From Mobula birostris (lineage: Eukaryota), in assembly GCF_030028105.1 (NCBI RefSeq), contig NC_092375.1:44057130-44121129 (forward strand): 64,000 bases of DNA, written 5' to 3'. Below are positions 11,600-25,514 of this stretch, piece after piece; position 1 is the first letter of the stretch, and the number at the start of each line of letters is the position of its first letter. The position numbers and the translations under genes are program-made. The notes beneath the pieces were generated by a model. It had not been told where the DNA came from, did not search any database, and saw only the letters and a program-made list of their open reading frames with translations.

Positions 11600-13327
11600 A
11601 TACGTACTGACATGGATAGAAAATTGGTTGGCAGACAGGCCCCCAACCAATACATAACTCTACTCTCCCCTCCTACCCTCCTCACAGCCCCCCACCCTGC
11701 TCTCATGACTACACCCCTTCCCCACATGAACCCACCACGGTGGGCTTCACAGCTGAACAGGTGAGAAGACAATTGAAACGTATCCATCCAAACAAGGCTG
11801 CAGGCCTGGATGGTGTCAGCACCGGGGTGCTCAAAGCCTGTGCTCCCCAGCTATGTGGAGTACTCCACCATGTCTTCAACCTGAGCCTGAGTCTCCAGAG
11901 GGTTCCTGTGCTGTGGAAGACGTCCTGCCTCGTCCCTGTGCCGAAGATGCCGCGTCCCAGTGGCTTCAATGACTACAGACCGGTAGCATTGACCTCCCAC
12001 ATCATGAAGACCCCGGAGAGGCTTGTTCTAGAGCAGCTCCGGCCTGTGGTTAGACCACACTTAGATCCCCTCCAGTTCGCCTACCAGCCCCGACTAGGAG
12101 TTGAGGATGCCATCGTCTTCCTGCTGAATCGTGTCTATGTCCACCTGGACAAGCCAGCGAGCACTGTGAGGGTCATGTTTTTTGACTTCTCCAGTGCGTT
12201 CAACACCATCCACCCTGCTCTGCTGGGGGAGAAGCTGACAGCGATGCATGTGGATGCTTCCCTGGTATCATGGATTCTTGATTACCTGACTGGCAGACCA
12301 CAGTACGTGTGCTTGCAACACTGTGTGTCAGACAGAGTGGTCAGCAGCACTGGGGCGCCACAGGAGACTGTCTTCTCTCCCTTTCTCTTCACCATTTACA
12401 CCTCAGACTTCAACTACTACACAGAGTCTTGCCATCTTCAGAAGTTTTCTGATGACTCTGCCATAGTTGGATGAATCAGCAAGGGAGATGAGGTTGAGTA
12501 CAAGGCTACGGTGGGAAACTTGTGTCACATGGTGTGAGCAGAATTATCTGCAGCTTAATGTGAAAAAGACTAAGGAGCTGGTGGTGGACCTGAGGAGGGC
12601 TAAGGCACCAGTGAGCCCTGTTTCCATCCAAGGGGTCAGTGTGGACATGGTGGAGGATTACAAATGCCTGGGAATAAGAATTGACAATAAACTGGACTGG
12701 TCAAAGAACCCTGAGGCAGTCTACAAGAAGGGTCAGAGCCGTCTCTATTTCCTGAGGAGACTGAGGTCCTTTACCATCTGTCAGATGATGCTGAGGATGT
12801 TCTACGGGTCTGTGGTGGCCAGTGCTATCAGGTTTGCAGTTGTGTGCTGGGGCAGCAGGCTGAGGGTAGCAGACACCAACAGAATCAACAAACTCATTTG
12901 TAAGGCCAGTGATGTTGTGGGGATGGAACTGGACTCTCTGACGGTGGTGTCTGAAAAGAGGATGTTGTCCAAGTTGCCTGCCATCTTGGACAATGTCTCC
13001 CATCCTCTACATAATGTACTGGGTGGGCACAGGAGTACATTTAGCCAGAGACTCATTCCACCGAGATGCAACACTGAGCATCATAGGAAGTCATTCCTGC
13101 CTGTGGCTATCAAACTATACAACTCCTTCCTTGGAGGTCAGACACCCTGAGCCAATTGTCTGGTCCTGGACTTATTTCCATCTGGCATAATTTACATATT
13201 ATTATTTAATTATTTATGGTTTTATATTGCTATATTTATACTCTACTCTTGGTTGGTGCAACTGTAACGAAATCCAATTTCCCTCGGAATCAATAAAGTA
13301 TGTCTATTTGTCTATCTATCTGTCTAT
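11600..13327 (+). mobile_element. Rex1/Babar-type LINE, 5'-truncated, near-complete RT with one frameshift
   Basis: ORFs 11740-12474 and 12467-13150 give NKAAG.DG, YRPVALT, QFAYQ, FFDFSSAFNTI, GAPQ, KFSDD; 3' end AATAAA plus (TCTA)n-type tail. Confidence 0.92.
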
Positions 13328-14385
13328 GAAACAAAGAGTAGGGATTAATGGGTCCTTTTCAGAATGGCAAGCAGTGACTAGTGGGGTACTGCAAGGCTTG
13401 GTGCTGGGACGGCAGCTATTTACAATATACATTAATGATTTAGATGAAGGAATTAAAAGCAACATTAGCAAATTTGCAGATGACACAAAGCTGGGTGGCA
13501 GTGTGAAATGTGAGGAGGATGTTATGAGAATGCAGGGTGACTTGGACAGGTTGGGTGAGTGGGCAGATGCAGTTTAATGTGCATAAATGTGAGGTTATCC
13601 ACTTTGGTGGCAAGAACAGAAAGGTAGATTACTATCTGAATGGTGTCAAGTTAGGAAAAGGGGAAGTACAACGAGATCTAGGGGTCCTTCTTCATCAGTC
13701 ACTGAAAGTAAGCATGCAGATACAGCAGACAGTGAAGAAAGCTAATGGCATGTTGGCCTTCATAAGAAAGGGAATTGACTATAGGAGCAAAGAGGTCCTT
13801 CTGCAGTTGTACAGGGCCCTCATGAGGCCACACCTGGAGTATTGTGTACAGTTTTGGTCTCCAATTTGAAGAAGGACATTCTAGCTATTGAGGGAGTGCA
13901 GCGTAGGTTCACGAGGTTAATTCCCAGGATGTTGGGACTGTCATATGTTGAAAGATTGGGGCGACTGCGTTTGTATACACTGGAATTTAGAAGGATGAGA
14001 GGGTATCTGATTGAAACATATAAGACTATTAAGGGATTGGACACACTAGAGGCAGGAAACATGTTCCCAATGTTGGGGGAGTCCAGAACCAGAGGCCACA
14101 GTTTAAGAGTAAGGGGTAGACCATTTAGAACGGAGTTGAGGAAAAACTTCTTCACACAGAGGGTTGTGGTTCTGTGGAATGCTCTGCCTCAGAAGGCAGT
14201 GGAGGCCAATTCTCTGGATTCTTTCCAGAAAGAGTTAGATAGAGCTCTTAAAGATAGTGGAGTCAAGGGATATGCGGAGAAGGCAGGAAAAGTGTACTGA
14301 TTGTGGATGATCAGCCATGATCACAGTGAATGGTGGTGCTGGCTTGAAGGGCTGAATGGCCTACTCCTACACCTATTGTCTATAT
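13326..14385 (+). mobile_element. CR1/HER1-type LINE 3' portion
   Basis: SGVLQG...INDLD...KFADDTK, RPHLEYCVQFWSP, NFFTQRVV motifs; CR1 3' UTR ending cctattgtctat. Confidence 0.93.
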
Positions 14386-15554
14386 CATGAGTCATTATTG
14401 TTTAATTGGACCAAAATCTCACATAGTAAATACGAAAACACAATTTTCAGGCTACGTTGAGGGTATTTCCCTCATTGTCTTGAGTTTGGAGATATTTTCT
14501 TTCAAAGCCTGTGAGTTCTATTTCTTCTTTCCATATCACAAATATTCCTGCAAGTTCCCAGTCATCTAATGTTTTTTGTGGGGATATGTGGGCAGTGGAG
14601 TGAGCCAAAATGGTAAAATGTAAAAATATACCATTGAGAACATCATCCTCTGGAATAAAGTCTGTTAAAAAAAAAAGAAATAGAATCATTAATTATTTAG
14701 AAATAAACTTACAGTAATAAGTATTTGACAGGTTTGATCACTGCCAGGATTTTCATTTCAGCACTGAATTCACCAGCTTTTACTAGAACGGGCCGATTCT
14801 GATGTGCAGACATCTGCCTCAACTCCACTTATATCTCTCAGCAGATGCAGCTTGGTCTGCTGGGTCTTTTAACGATGCAGATTTCCACACAAGATGTCCT
14901 TTGCCTCCAAAAGACCCAGCACAGTATTTTGTTTCCTATTCTTTCTCTCCTTATTTTCCATCGTTCTCCCATTATTAAACCACTCAGAAAGCATTGAATG
15001 ACTTGCATACCCTTGGTCTCCACTATTTCACGGATGTTCTCTCTACCCACCCCTACTCTCAGATTTAAAACATACTTGTCTTCCAACTTCTCTGGTCCTC
15101 TCTACAGAATCCAATCTGGCCTACTGAGCATTTCCGGCATTTTCTGTTACTACGTGGATTTCATTATTGTGGTAAATGCAGGAGAGTTTGATACTGCATG
15201 TTCACACTAACAGTCTTAAGCTGATCTTTCAAACAAAAATAAAACTACAAGCTAGATAATTGATATTGGACACAAGACAAACTATAGTTTTGAAGAAAGA
15301 ACAAATGCAGTTTCAGCTGGATAATAATGCAGCTCAGAAGTATCTCTACCACTTAGGTCATACTCAATTGAATTTGTAAATTCGATTGCCACTAGGTGAA
15401 AATCCCCACTAACTGCACAATCGGAGTCCCTTCACGAGAAGGTTCAGACTGCCTGGACATAACCTTCTCATGAGCACTTAAAGGACGGGTAACCATTGCC
15501 GATCTTTCTGGAAACCCATATCCTGATTTTGATAAACAACACCGAAAGATCAGA

Positions 15555-18500
15555 TTAGAAACATAGAAAACCTACAGCACAGTACAGGTCCTTCAGCTCA
15601 CAGTGCTGGGCCGAACATGTACTTACTTTAGAAATTACCTAGGGTTACCCATAGCCCTCTATTTTTCTAAACTCCATGTACATTCCAGGAGTCTCTTAAA
15701 AGACCCTATTGTATCTGCCTCCACCACAGTCGCCAAGTACCCATTCCATGCACTCACCACGATCTGTGTAAAAAACTTACCACTGACATCCCTTCTGTGC
15801 CTGCTTCCAAGCACCTTAAAATTGTCCCTTCTCTATTAGTATTTTCAGCCCAGGGAAAAAGCCTCTGACTATCCACACGATCAATGCCTCTCATCATCTT
15901 ATACACCTCTATCAGGACACCTCTCATCCTCCGTCGTTCCAAGGAGAAAAGGTAAGTTCACTCAACCTATTCTCATAAGGCATGCTCCCCAGTCCAGGCA
16001 ATATCCTTGTAAATCTCCTCTGCACCCTTTCTATAGTTTCCACATCCTTCCTGTAGTGAGGTGACCAGAATTGAGTGCAGTACTCCAAGTGGGATCTGAG
16101 CAGGGTCCTATATAGCTGTAGCATTACCTCTCGGATCTTGAACTTAATCCCACGGTAGATGAAGGCCTATACACCCTATGTCTTCGTAACCACAAAGACA
16201 CCCTGTGCAACAGCTTTGAGTGCCCTATGGACTGGGAACCCAAGATCCCTCTAATCCTCCACACAGCCAAGAGTTTTACTGTTAATACTATATTTTGCCA
16301 TCAGATTTGACCTACCAAAATTAACCACCTCACAATTATCTGGGTTGAGCTCCATCTGCTACTTCTCAGCCCAGTTTTGCATCCTATTGATGTCCCATTG
16401 TAAACTCTTGACAGCTGTCCACACTGTCCACAGCACCCCCAACCTTTGTATCATCTGCAAATTTACTAACCCATCCCTCCACTATCCTCATCCAGGTCAT
16501 TTACAAAAATCACAAAGAGAAGTGGTCCCAGAACAGATCCCTGAGGCACACCACTGGTCACCGGCCTCCATGCAGAATATGTCTGCTCTACCACCACTCT
16601 TTGCCTTCTGAGGGCAAGCCAGTTCTGGATCCACAAAGCAAGGTCCCTTTGGATCCCATACCTCCTTCCTTTCTCCATAAGCCTCGCATGGGGTACCTTA
16701 TCAAATGCCCTGCTGAAATCCATATACACTACATCTACTGCTCTACCTTCATCAATGTGTTTAGTCACATCCTCAAAAAATTCAAGAAGACTTGTAAGGC
16801 ACGACCTACCTTTGACAAAGCCATGCTGACTATTCCTAATCATATTCTGCCCCTCCAAATGTTCATAAAATCTGCCTCTCAGGATCTTCTGCATCAACTT
16901 ACCAACCACTGAAGTAAGACTCACTGGTCTATAACTTCCAGGGCTATCTCTACTCCCTTTCTTGAATAAGGAAACAAGATCTGCAACCTTCCAATCCTCC
17001 AGAACCTCTCCCATCCCCATGATGATGCAAAGATCATTGCAATCTCCTCCCTCGCCTCCCACAGTAACCTAGAGTATATCTCATCCGGTCCCAGTGACTT
17101 AGCCAACCTGATGCTTTCCAAAAGCTCCAGCACATCCTCTTTCTTAATATCTATATGCTCAAGCTTTTCAGTTCACTGTAAGTCATCCCTACAATTGCGA
17201 ATGTCTTTTTCCGTAGTGAATACTGAAGCAAAGTACCTCCGTTACCTCCTCCGGTTCTATACACACTTTTCCACTGTCACATTTGAATGGTCCTATTCTT
17301 TCACGTCTTATCCTCTTGCTCTTTACATACTTGTAGGATGCCTTGGGGTTTTCCTTAATCCTGCCCGCCAAGGCCTTCTCATGGACCCTTCTGGCTCTCC
17401 TAATTTCATTCTTAAGCTCCTTCATGCCAGCCTTATAATCTTCTAGATCTCTATCATTACCTAGTTTTTTGAACCTTCCGTAAGCTTTTCCTTTCTTCTT
17501 GACTAGATTTTCTACAGCCTTTGTACACTATGGTTCCTATACCCTACCATTTTTACCCTGTCTCATTGGAACGTACCTATGCAGAATGCCATGCAAATAC
17601 CCACTGAACATTTGCCACATTTCTGCCGTACATTTCCCTGATAACATCTGTTCCCAATTTATGCTTCCAAGTTCCTGTCTGAGAGCTTCATATTTCCCTT
17701 TACTCCAATTAAACGTTTTCCTAACTTGTCTGCTCCTATCCCTCTCCAATTTTATGATAAAGCATAGAGAATTGTGATCACTATCTCCGAAATGCTCTCC
17801 CACTGAGAGACCTGACACCTGACCAGGTTCATTTCCCAATAACAGATCAGTGCAGCTTCTCCTCTTGTAGGCTTATCTACATATTGTATCAGGAAACCTT
17901 CCTGAAGACACCTAACAAACTCCACCCCATCTAAACCCCTTGCTCTAGGGAGATGTCAATCAATATTTGGGAAATTGAAATTTCCCACCACAACAACCTT
18001 GTTATTATTACACCTTTTCAGAATCTGCTTCCCTATCTGCTCCTCGATGTCCCTGTTACTATTGGATGATCTATAAAAAACACCCAGTAGAGTTATTGGC
18101 TCTTTCCTGTTTCTAACTTCCACCCACAGTGACTCAGTAGACAGTCCCTTCATGACTTCCTCCTTTTCTGCAGCTGCAACACTATCACTGATCAACAGTG
18201 CAACGCCCCCACCTCTTTTGCCTCACCCCCCCGTTCTTTATGAAACATCTAAAGTAGCCATTCCTGCCCCTGAGTCATCCAAGTCTCTGTAATGGCCACA
18301 ACATCATAGCTCCAAGTACTGATCCACGCTGTAAGCTCATCTGCTCTGTTCATGATACTCCTTGCATTAAAATACACATCTCAAACCATCAGTCTGAGTG
18401 CATACACATCTCAAACCATCAGTCTGAGTGCATCCCTTCTCTATCACCTGCCTATCCTCCCTCTCACACTGCCTACAAGCTTTCTCTATTTGTGAGCCAA

Positions 18501-18740
18501 CCACCCCTTCCTCCGTCTCTTCAGTTCAGTTCCCACCTTCCAGCAAATCTAGTTTAAACTCTCCCCAATAGCCTTAGCAAACCTCCCTGCTTGGATATTA
18601 GTCCCCCTCGGATTCAAGTGTAACCCATCCTTATTGTGCAGGTCACGCCTGTCCCAAAAGAGGTCCCAATGCTACAGAGATCCGAATCCCTGCCCCTTGC
18701 TCCAATCCCTCAGCAATGTATTTATCCTCCACCTCACTCC
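15555..18740 (-). mobile_element. CR1/HER1-type LINE (endonuclease-RT part), frameshifted; repeat unit 1
   Basis: Minus ORFs: [45 protein letters not shown]; APE-like GVFYR...VVGNFNFPNID. Confidence 0.93.
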
Positions 18741-19357
18741 AGGAGTTGACTATAGGAGCAAAGAGGTCCTTCTGCAGTTGTACAGGGCCCTCGTGAGGCC
18801 ACACCTGGAGTATTGTGTACAGTTTTGGTCTCCAAATTTGAAGAAGGACATTCTAGCTATTGAGGGAGTGCAGCGTAGGTTCACGAGCTTAATTCCCGGG
18901 ATGGCGGGACTGTCATATGTTGAAAGAGTGGGGCGACTGGGTTTGTATACACTGGAATTTAGAAGGATGAGAGGGTATCTGATTGAAACATATAAGATTA
19001 TTAAGGGATTGGACACACTAGAGGCAGGAAACATGTTCCCAATGTTGGGGGAGTCCAGAACCAGAGGCCACAGTTTAAGAATAAGGAGTAGACCATTTAG
19101 AACGGAGTGGAGGAAAAACTTCTTCACACAGAGGGTTGTGGTTCTGTGGAATGCTCTGCCTCAGAAGGCAGTGGAGGCCAATTCTCTGGATTCTTTCCAG
19201 AAAGAGTTAGATAGAGCTCTTAAAGATAGTGGAGTCAAGGGATATGGGGAGAAGGCAGGAAAAGTGTACTGATTGAGGATGATCAGCCATGATCACAGTG
19301 AATGGTGGTGCTGGCTTGAAGGGCTGAATGGCCTACTCCTGCACCTATTGTCTATAT
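18741..19357 (+). mobile_element. CR1 3' end; repeat unit 2
   Basis: ORF 18634-19272 from GVDYRSKEV onward; copy of 13772-14385. Confidence 0.92.
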
Positions 19358-20534
19358 CATGAGTCATTATTGTTTAATTGGACCAAAATCTCACATAGTA
19401 AATACGAAAACACAATTTTCAGGCTACGTTGAGGGTATTTCCCTCATTGTCTTGAGTTTGGAGATATTTTCTTTCAAAGTCTGTGAGTTCTATTTCTTCT
19501 TTCCACGTCACTAATATTCCTGCAAGTTCCCAGTCATCTAATGTTTTTTGTGGGGATATGTGGGCAGTGGAGTGAGCCAAAATGGTAAAATGTAAAAATA
19601 TACCATTGAGAACATCATCCTCTGGAATAAAGTCTGTTAAAAAAAAAGAAATAGAATCATTAATTATTTAGAAATAAACTTACAGTAATAAGTATTTGAC
19701 AGGTTTGATCATTGCCAGGATTTTCATTTCAGCACTGAATTCACCAGCTTTTACTCCTTGTGTTAGAACTGGCCGATTCTGATGTGCAGACATCTGCTTC
19801 AACTCTACTTATATCTCTCAGCAGATGCAGCTTGGTCTGCTGGGTCTTTTAACGATGCAGATTTCCACACAAGATGTCCTTTGCCTCCAAAAGACCCAGC
19901 ACAGTATTTTGTTTCCTATTCTTTCTCTCCTTATTTTCCATCGTTCTCCCATTATTAAACCACTCAGAAAGCATTGAATGACTTGCATACCCTTGGTCTC
20001 TACTATTTCATGGATGTTCTCTCTACCCACCCCTACTCTCAGATTTAAAACATACTTGTCTTCCAACTTCTCTGGTCCTCTCTACAGAATCCAATCTGGC
20101 CTACTGAGCATTTCCGGCATTTTCTGTTACTACGTGGATTTCATTATTGTGGTAAATGCAGGAGAGTTTGATACTGCATGTTCACACTAACAGTCTTAAG
20201 CTGATCTTTCAAACAAAAATAAAACTACAAGCTAGATAATTGATATTGGACACAAGACAAACTATAGTTTTGAAGAAAGAACAAATGCAGTTTCAGCTGG
20301 ATAATAATGCAGCTCAGAAGTATCTCTACCACTTAGGTCATACTCAATTGAATTTGTAAATTCGATTGCCACTAGGTGAAAATCCCCACTAACTGCACAA
20401 TTGGAGTCCCTTCACGAGAAGGTTCAGACTGCCTCGACATAACCTTCTCATGAGCACTTAAAGGACGGGTAACCATTGCCGATCTTTCTGGAAACCCATA
20501 TCCTGATTTTGATAAACAACACCGAAAGATCAGA

Positions 20535-23500
20535 TTAGAAACATAGAAAACCTACAGCACAGTACAGGTCCTTCAGCTCACAGTGCTGGGCCGAACATGT
20601 ACTTACTTTAGAAATTACCTAGGGTTACCCATAGCCCTCTATTTTTCTAAACTCCATGTACATTCCAGGAGTCTCTTAAAAGACCCTATTGTATCTGCCT
20701 CCACCACAGTCGCCAAGTACCCATTCCATGCACTCACCACGATCTGTGTAAAAAACTTACCACTGACATCCCTTCTGTACGTACTTCCAAGCACCTTAAA
20801 ATTGTGCCTTCTCTATTAGTATTTTCAGCCCAGGGAAAAAGCCTCTGACTATCCACACGATCAATGCCTCTCATCATCTTATACACCTCTATCAGGACAC
20901 CTCTCATCCTCCGTCGTTCCAAGGAGAAAAGGTAAGTTCACTCAACCAATTCTCATAAGGCATGCTCCCCAGTCCAGGCAATATCCTTGTAAATCTCCTC
21001 TGCACCCTTTCTATAGTTTCCACATCCTTCCTGTAGTGAGGTGACCAGAATTGAGTGCAGTACTCCAAGTGGGATCTGAGCAGGGTCCTATATAGCTGTA
21101 GCATTACCTCTCGGATCTTGAACTTAATCCCACGGTAGATGAAGGCCTATACACCCTATGTCTTCGTAACCACAAAGACAACCTGTGCAACAGCTTTGAG
21201 TGCCCTATGGACTGGGAACCCAAGATCCCTCTAATCCTCCACACAGCCAAGAGTTTTACTGTTAATACTATATTTTGCCATCAGATTTGACCTACCAAAA
21301 TTAACCACCTCACAATTATCTGGGTTGAGCTCCATCTGCTACTTCTCAGCCCAGTTTTGCATCCTATCGATTTCCCATTGTAAACTCTTGACAGCTGTCC
21401 ACACTGTCCACAACACCCCCAACCTTTGTATCATCTGCAAATTTACTAACCCATCCCTCCACTTCTTCATCCAGGTCATTTACAAAAATCACAAAGAGAA
21501 GTGGTCCCAGAACAGATCCCTGAGGCACACCACTGGTCACCGGCCTCCATGCAGAATATGTCTGCTCTACCACCACTCTTTGCCTTCTGAGGGCAAGCCA
21601 GTTCTGGATCCACAAAGCAAGGTTCCTTTGGATCCCATACCTCCTTCCTTTCTCCATAAGCCTCGCATGGGGTACCTTATCAAATGCCCAGCTGAAATCC
21701 ATATACACTACATCTACTGCTCTACCTTCATCAATGTGTTTAGTCACATCCTCAAAAAATTCAAGAAGACTTGTAAGGCACGACCTACCTTTGACAAAGC
21801 CATGCTGACTATTCCTAATCATATTCTGCCCCTCCAAATGTTCATAAAATCTGCCTCTCAGGATCTTCTGCATCAACTTACCAACCACTGAAGTAAGACT
21901 CACTGGTCTATAACTTCCAGGGCTATCTCTACTCCCTTTCTTGAATAAGGAAACAAGATCTGCAACCTTCCAATCCTCCAGAACCTCTCCCATCCCCATG
22001 ATGATGCAAAGATCATTGCAATCTCCTCCCTCGCCTCCCACAGTAACCTAGGGTATATCTCATCCGGTCCCAGTGACTTAGCCAACCTGATGCTTTCCAA
22101 AAGCTCCAGCACATCCTCTTTCTTAATATCTATATGCTCAAGCTTTTCAGTTCACTGTAAGTCATCCCTACAATTGCGAATGTCTTTTTCCGTAGTGAAT
22201 ACTGAAGCAAAGTACCTCCGTTACCTCCTCCGGTTCTATACACACTTTTCCACTGTCACATTTGAATGGTCCTATTCTTTCACGTCTTATCCTCTTGCTC
22301 TTTACATACTTGTAGGATGCCTTGGGGTTTTCCTTAATCCTGCCCGCCAAGGCCTTCTCATGGACCCTTCTGGCTCTCCTAATTTCATTCTTAAGCTCCT
22401 TCATGCCAGCCTTATAATCTTCTAGATCTCTATCATTACCTAGTTTTTTGAACCTTCTGTAAGCTTTTCCTTTCTTCTTGACTAGATTTTCTACAGCCTT
22501 TGTACACTATGGTTCCTATACCCTACCATTTTTACCCTGTCTCATTGGAACGTACCTATGCAGAATGCCATGCAAATACCCACTGAACATTTGCCACATT
22601 TCTGCCGTACATTTCCCTGATAACATCTGTTCCCAATTTATGCTTCCAAGTTCCTGTCTGAGAGCTTCATATTTCCCTTTACTCCAATTAAACGTTTTCC
22701 TAACTTGTCTGCTCCTATCCCTCTCCAATTTTATGATAAAGCATAGAGAATTGTGATCACTATCTCCGAAATGCTCTCCCACTGAGAGACCTGACACCTG
22801 ACCAGGTTCATTTCCCAATAACAGATCAGTGCAGCTTCTCCTCTTGTAGGCTTATCTACATATTGTATCAGGAAACCTTCCTGAAGACACCTAACAAACT
22901 CCACCCCATCTAAACCCCTTGCTCTAGGGAGATGTCAATCAATATTTGGGAAATTGAAATTTCCCACCACAACAACCTTGTTATTATTACACCTTTTCAG
23001 AATCTGCTTCCCTATCTGCTCCTCGATGTCCCTGTTACTATTGGATGATCTATAAAAAACACCCAGTAGAGTTATTGGCTCTTTCCTGTTTCTAACTTCC
23101 ACCCACAGTGACTCAGTAGACAGTCCCTTCATGACTTCCTCCTTTTCTGCAGCTGCAACACTATCACTGATCAACAGTGCAACGCCCCCACCTCTTTTGC
23201 CTCACCCCCCCGTTCTTTATGAAACATCTAAAGTAGCCATTCCTGCCCCTGAGTCATCCAAGTCTCTGTAATGGCCACAACATCATAGCTCCAAGTACTG
23301 ATCCACGCTGTAAGCTCATCTGCTCTGTTCATGATACTCCTTGCATTAAAATACACATCTCAAACCATCAGTCTGAGTGCATACACATCTCAAACCATCA
23401 GTCTGAGTGCATCCCTTCTCTATCACCTGCCTATCCTCCCTCTCACACTGCCTACAAGCTTTCTCTATTTGTGAGCCAACCACCCCTTCCTCCGTCTCTT

Positions 23501-23720
23501 CAGTTCAGTTCCCACCTTCCAGCAAATCTAGTTTAAACTCTCCCCAATAGCCTTAGCAAACCTCCCTGCTTGGATATTAGTCCCCCTCGGATTCAAGTGT
23601 AACCCATCCTTATTGTGCAGGTCACGCCTGTCCCAAAAGAGGTCCCAATGCTACAGAGATCCGAATCCCTGCCCCTTGCTCCAATCCCTCAGCAATGTAT
23701 TTATCCTCCACCTCACTCCA
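20535..23720 (-). mobile_element. CR1/HER1-type LINE; repeat unit 2
   Basis: Near-identical to 15555-18740, including the 30-bp internal duplication atacacatctcaaaccatcagtctgagtgc. Confidence 0.93.
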
Positions 23721-24336
23721 GGAGTTGACTATAGGAGCAAAGAGGTCCTTCTGCAGTTGTACAGGGCCCTCGTGAGGCCACACCTGGAGTATTGTGTACA
23801 GTTTTGGTCTCCAAATTTGAAGAAGGACATTCTAGCTATTGAGGGAGTGCAGCGTAGGTTCACGAGCTTAATTCCCGGGATGGCGGGACTGTCATATGTT
23901 GAAAGAGTGGGGCGACTGGGTTTGTATACACTGGAATTTAGAAGGATGAGAGGGTATCTGATTGAAACATATAAGATTATTAAGGGATTGGACACACTAG
24001 AGGCAGGAAACATGTTCCCAATGTTGGGGGAGTCCAGAACCAGAGGCCACAGTTTAAGAATAAGGAGTAGACCATTTAGAACGGAGTGGAGGAAAAACTT
24101 CTTCACACAGAGGGTTGTGGTTCTGTGGAATGCTCTGCCTCAGAAGGCAGTGGAGGCCAATTCTCTGGATTCTTTCCAGAAAGAGTTAGATAGAGCTCTT
24201 AAAGATAGTGGAGTCAAGGGATATGGGGAGAAGGCAGGAAAAGTGTACTGATTGAGGATGATCAGCCATGATCACAGTGAATGGTGGTGCTGGCTTGAAG
24301 GGCTGAATGGCCTACTCCTGCACCTATTGTCTATAT
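23720..24336 (+). mobile_element. CR1 3' end; repeat unit 3
   Basis: ORF 23613-24251 has the same translation as 18634-19272. Confidence 0.92.
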
Positions 24337-25514
24337 CATGAGTCATTATTGTTTAATTGGACCAAAATCTCACATAGTAAATATGAAAACACAATTTTCA
24401 GGCTACGTTGAGGGTATTTCCCTCATTGTCTTGAGTTTGGAGATATTTTCTTTCAAAGTCTGTGAGTTCTATTTCTTCTTTCCACGTCACTAATATTCCT
24501 GCAAGTTCCCAGTCATCTAATGTTTTTTGTGGGGATATGTGGGCAGTGGAGTGAGCCAAAATGGTAAAATGTAAAAATATACCATTGAGAACATCATCCT
24601 CTGGAATAAAGTCTGTTAAAAAAAAAGAAATAGAATCATTAATTATTTAGAAATAAACTTACAGTAATAAGTATTTGACAGGTTTGATCATTGCCAGGAT
24701 TTTCATTTCAGCACTGAATTCACCAGCTTTTACTCCTTGTGTTAGAACTGGCCGATTCTGATGTGCAGACATCTGCTTCAACTCTACTTATATCTCTCAG
24801 CAGATGCAGCTTGGTCTGCTGGGTCTTTTAACGATGCAGATTTCCACACAAGATGTCCTTTGCCTCCAAAAGACCCAGCACAGTATTTTGTTTCCTATTC
24901 TTTCTCTCCTTATTTTCCATCGTTCTCCCATTATTAAACCACTCAGAAAGCATTGAATGACTTGCATACCCTTGGTCTCTACTATTTCATGGATGTTCTC
25001 TCTACCCACCCCTACTCTCAGATTTAAAACATAGTTGTCTTCCAACTTCTCTGGTTCTCTCTACAGATTGCAACCTGGCCTACTGAGCATTTCCGGCATT
25101 TTCTGTTACTACGTGGATTTCATTATTGTGGTAAATGCAGGAGAGTTTGATACTGCATGTTCACACTAACAGCCTTAAGCTGATCTTTCAAACAAAAATA
25201 AAACTACAAGCTAGATAATTGATATTGGACACAAGACAAACTATAGTTTTGAAGAAAGAACAAATGCAGTTTCAGCTGGATAATAATGCAGCTCAGAAGT
25301 ATCTCTACCACTTAGGTCATACTCAATTGAATTTGTAAATTCGATTGCCACTAGGTGAAAATCCCCACTAACTGCACAATCGGAGTCCCTTCACGAGAAG
25401 GTTCAGACTGCCTCGACATAACCTTCTCATGAGCACTTAAAGGACGGGTAACCATTGCCGATCTTTCTGGAAACCCATATCCTGATTTTGATAAACAACA
25501 CCGAAAGATCAGAT

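Noticed and set aside
14447-14689. Triplicated 80-aa minus ORF as a degenerate Ig C1 domain (GILVTWK...NTLNV)
   Set aside because: No cysteines and an early stop; the resemblance is only a few residues.
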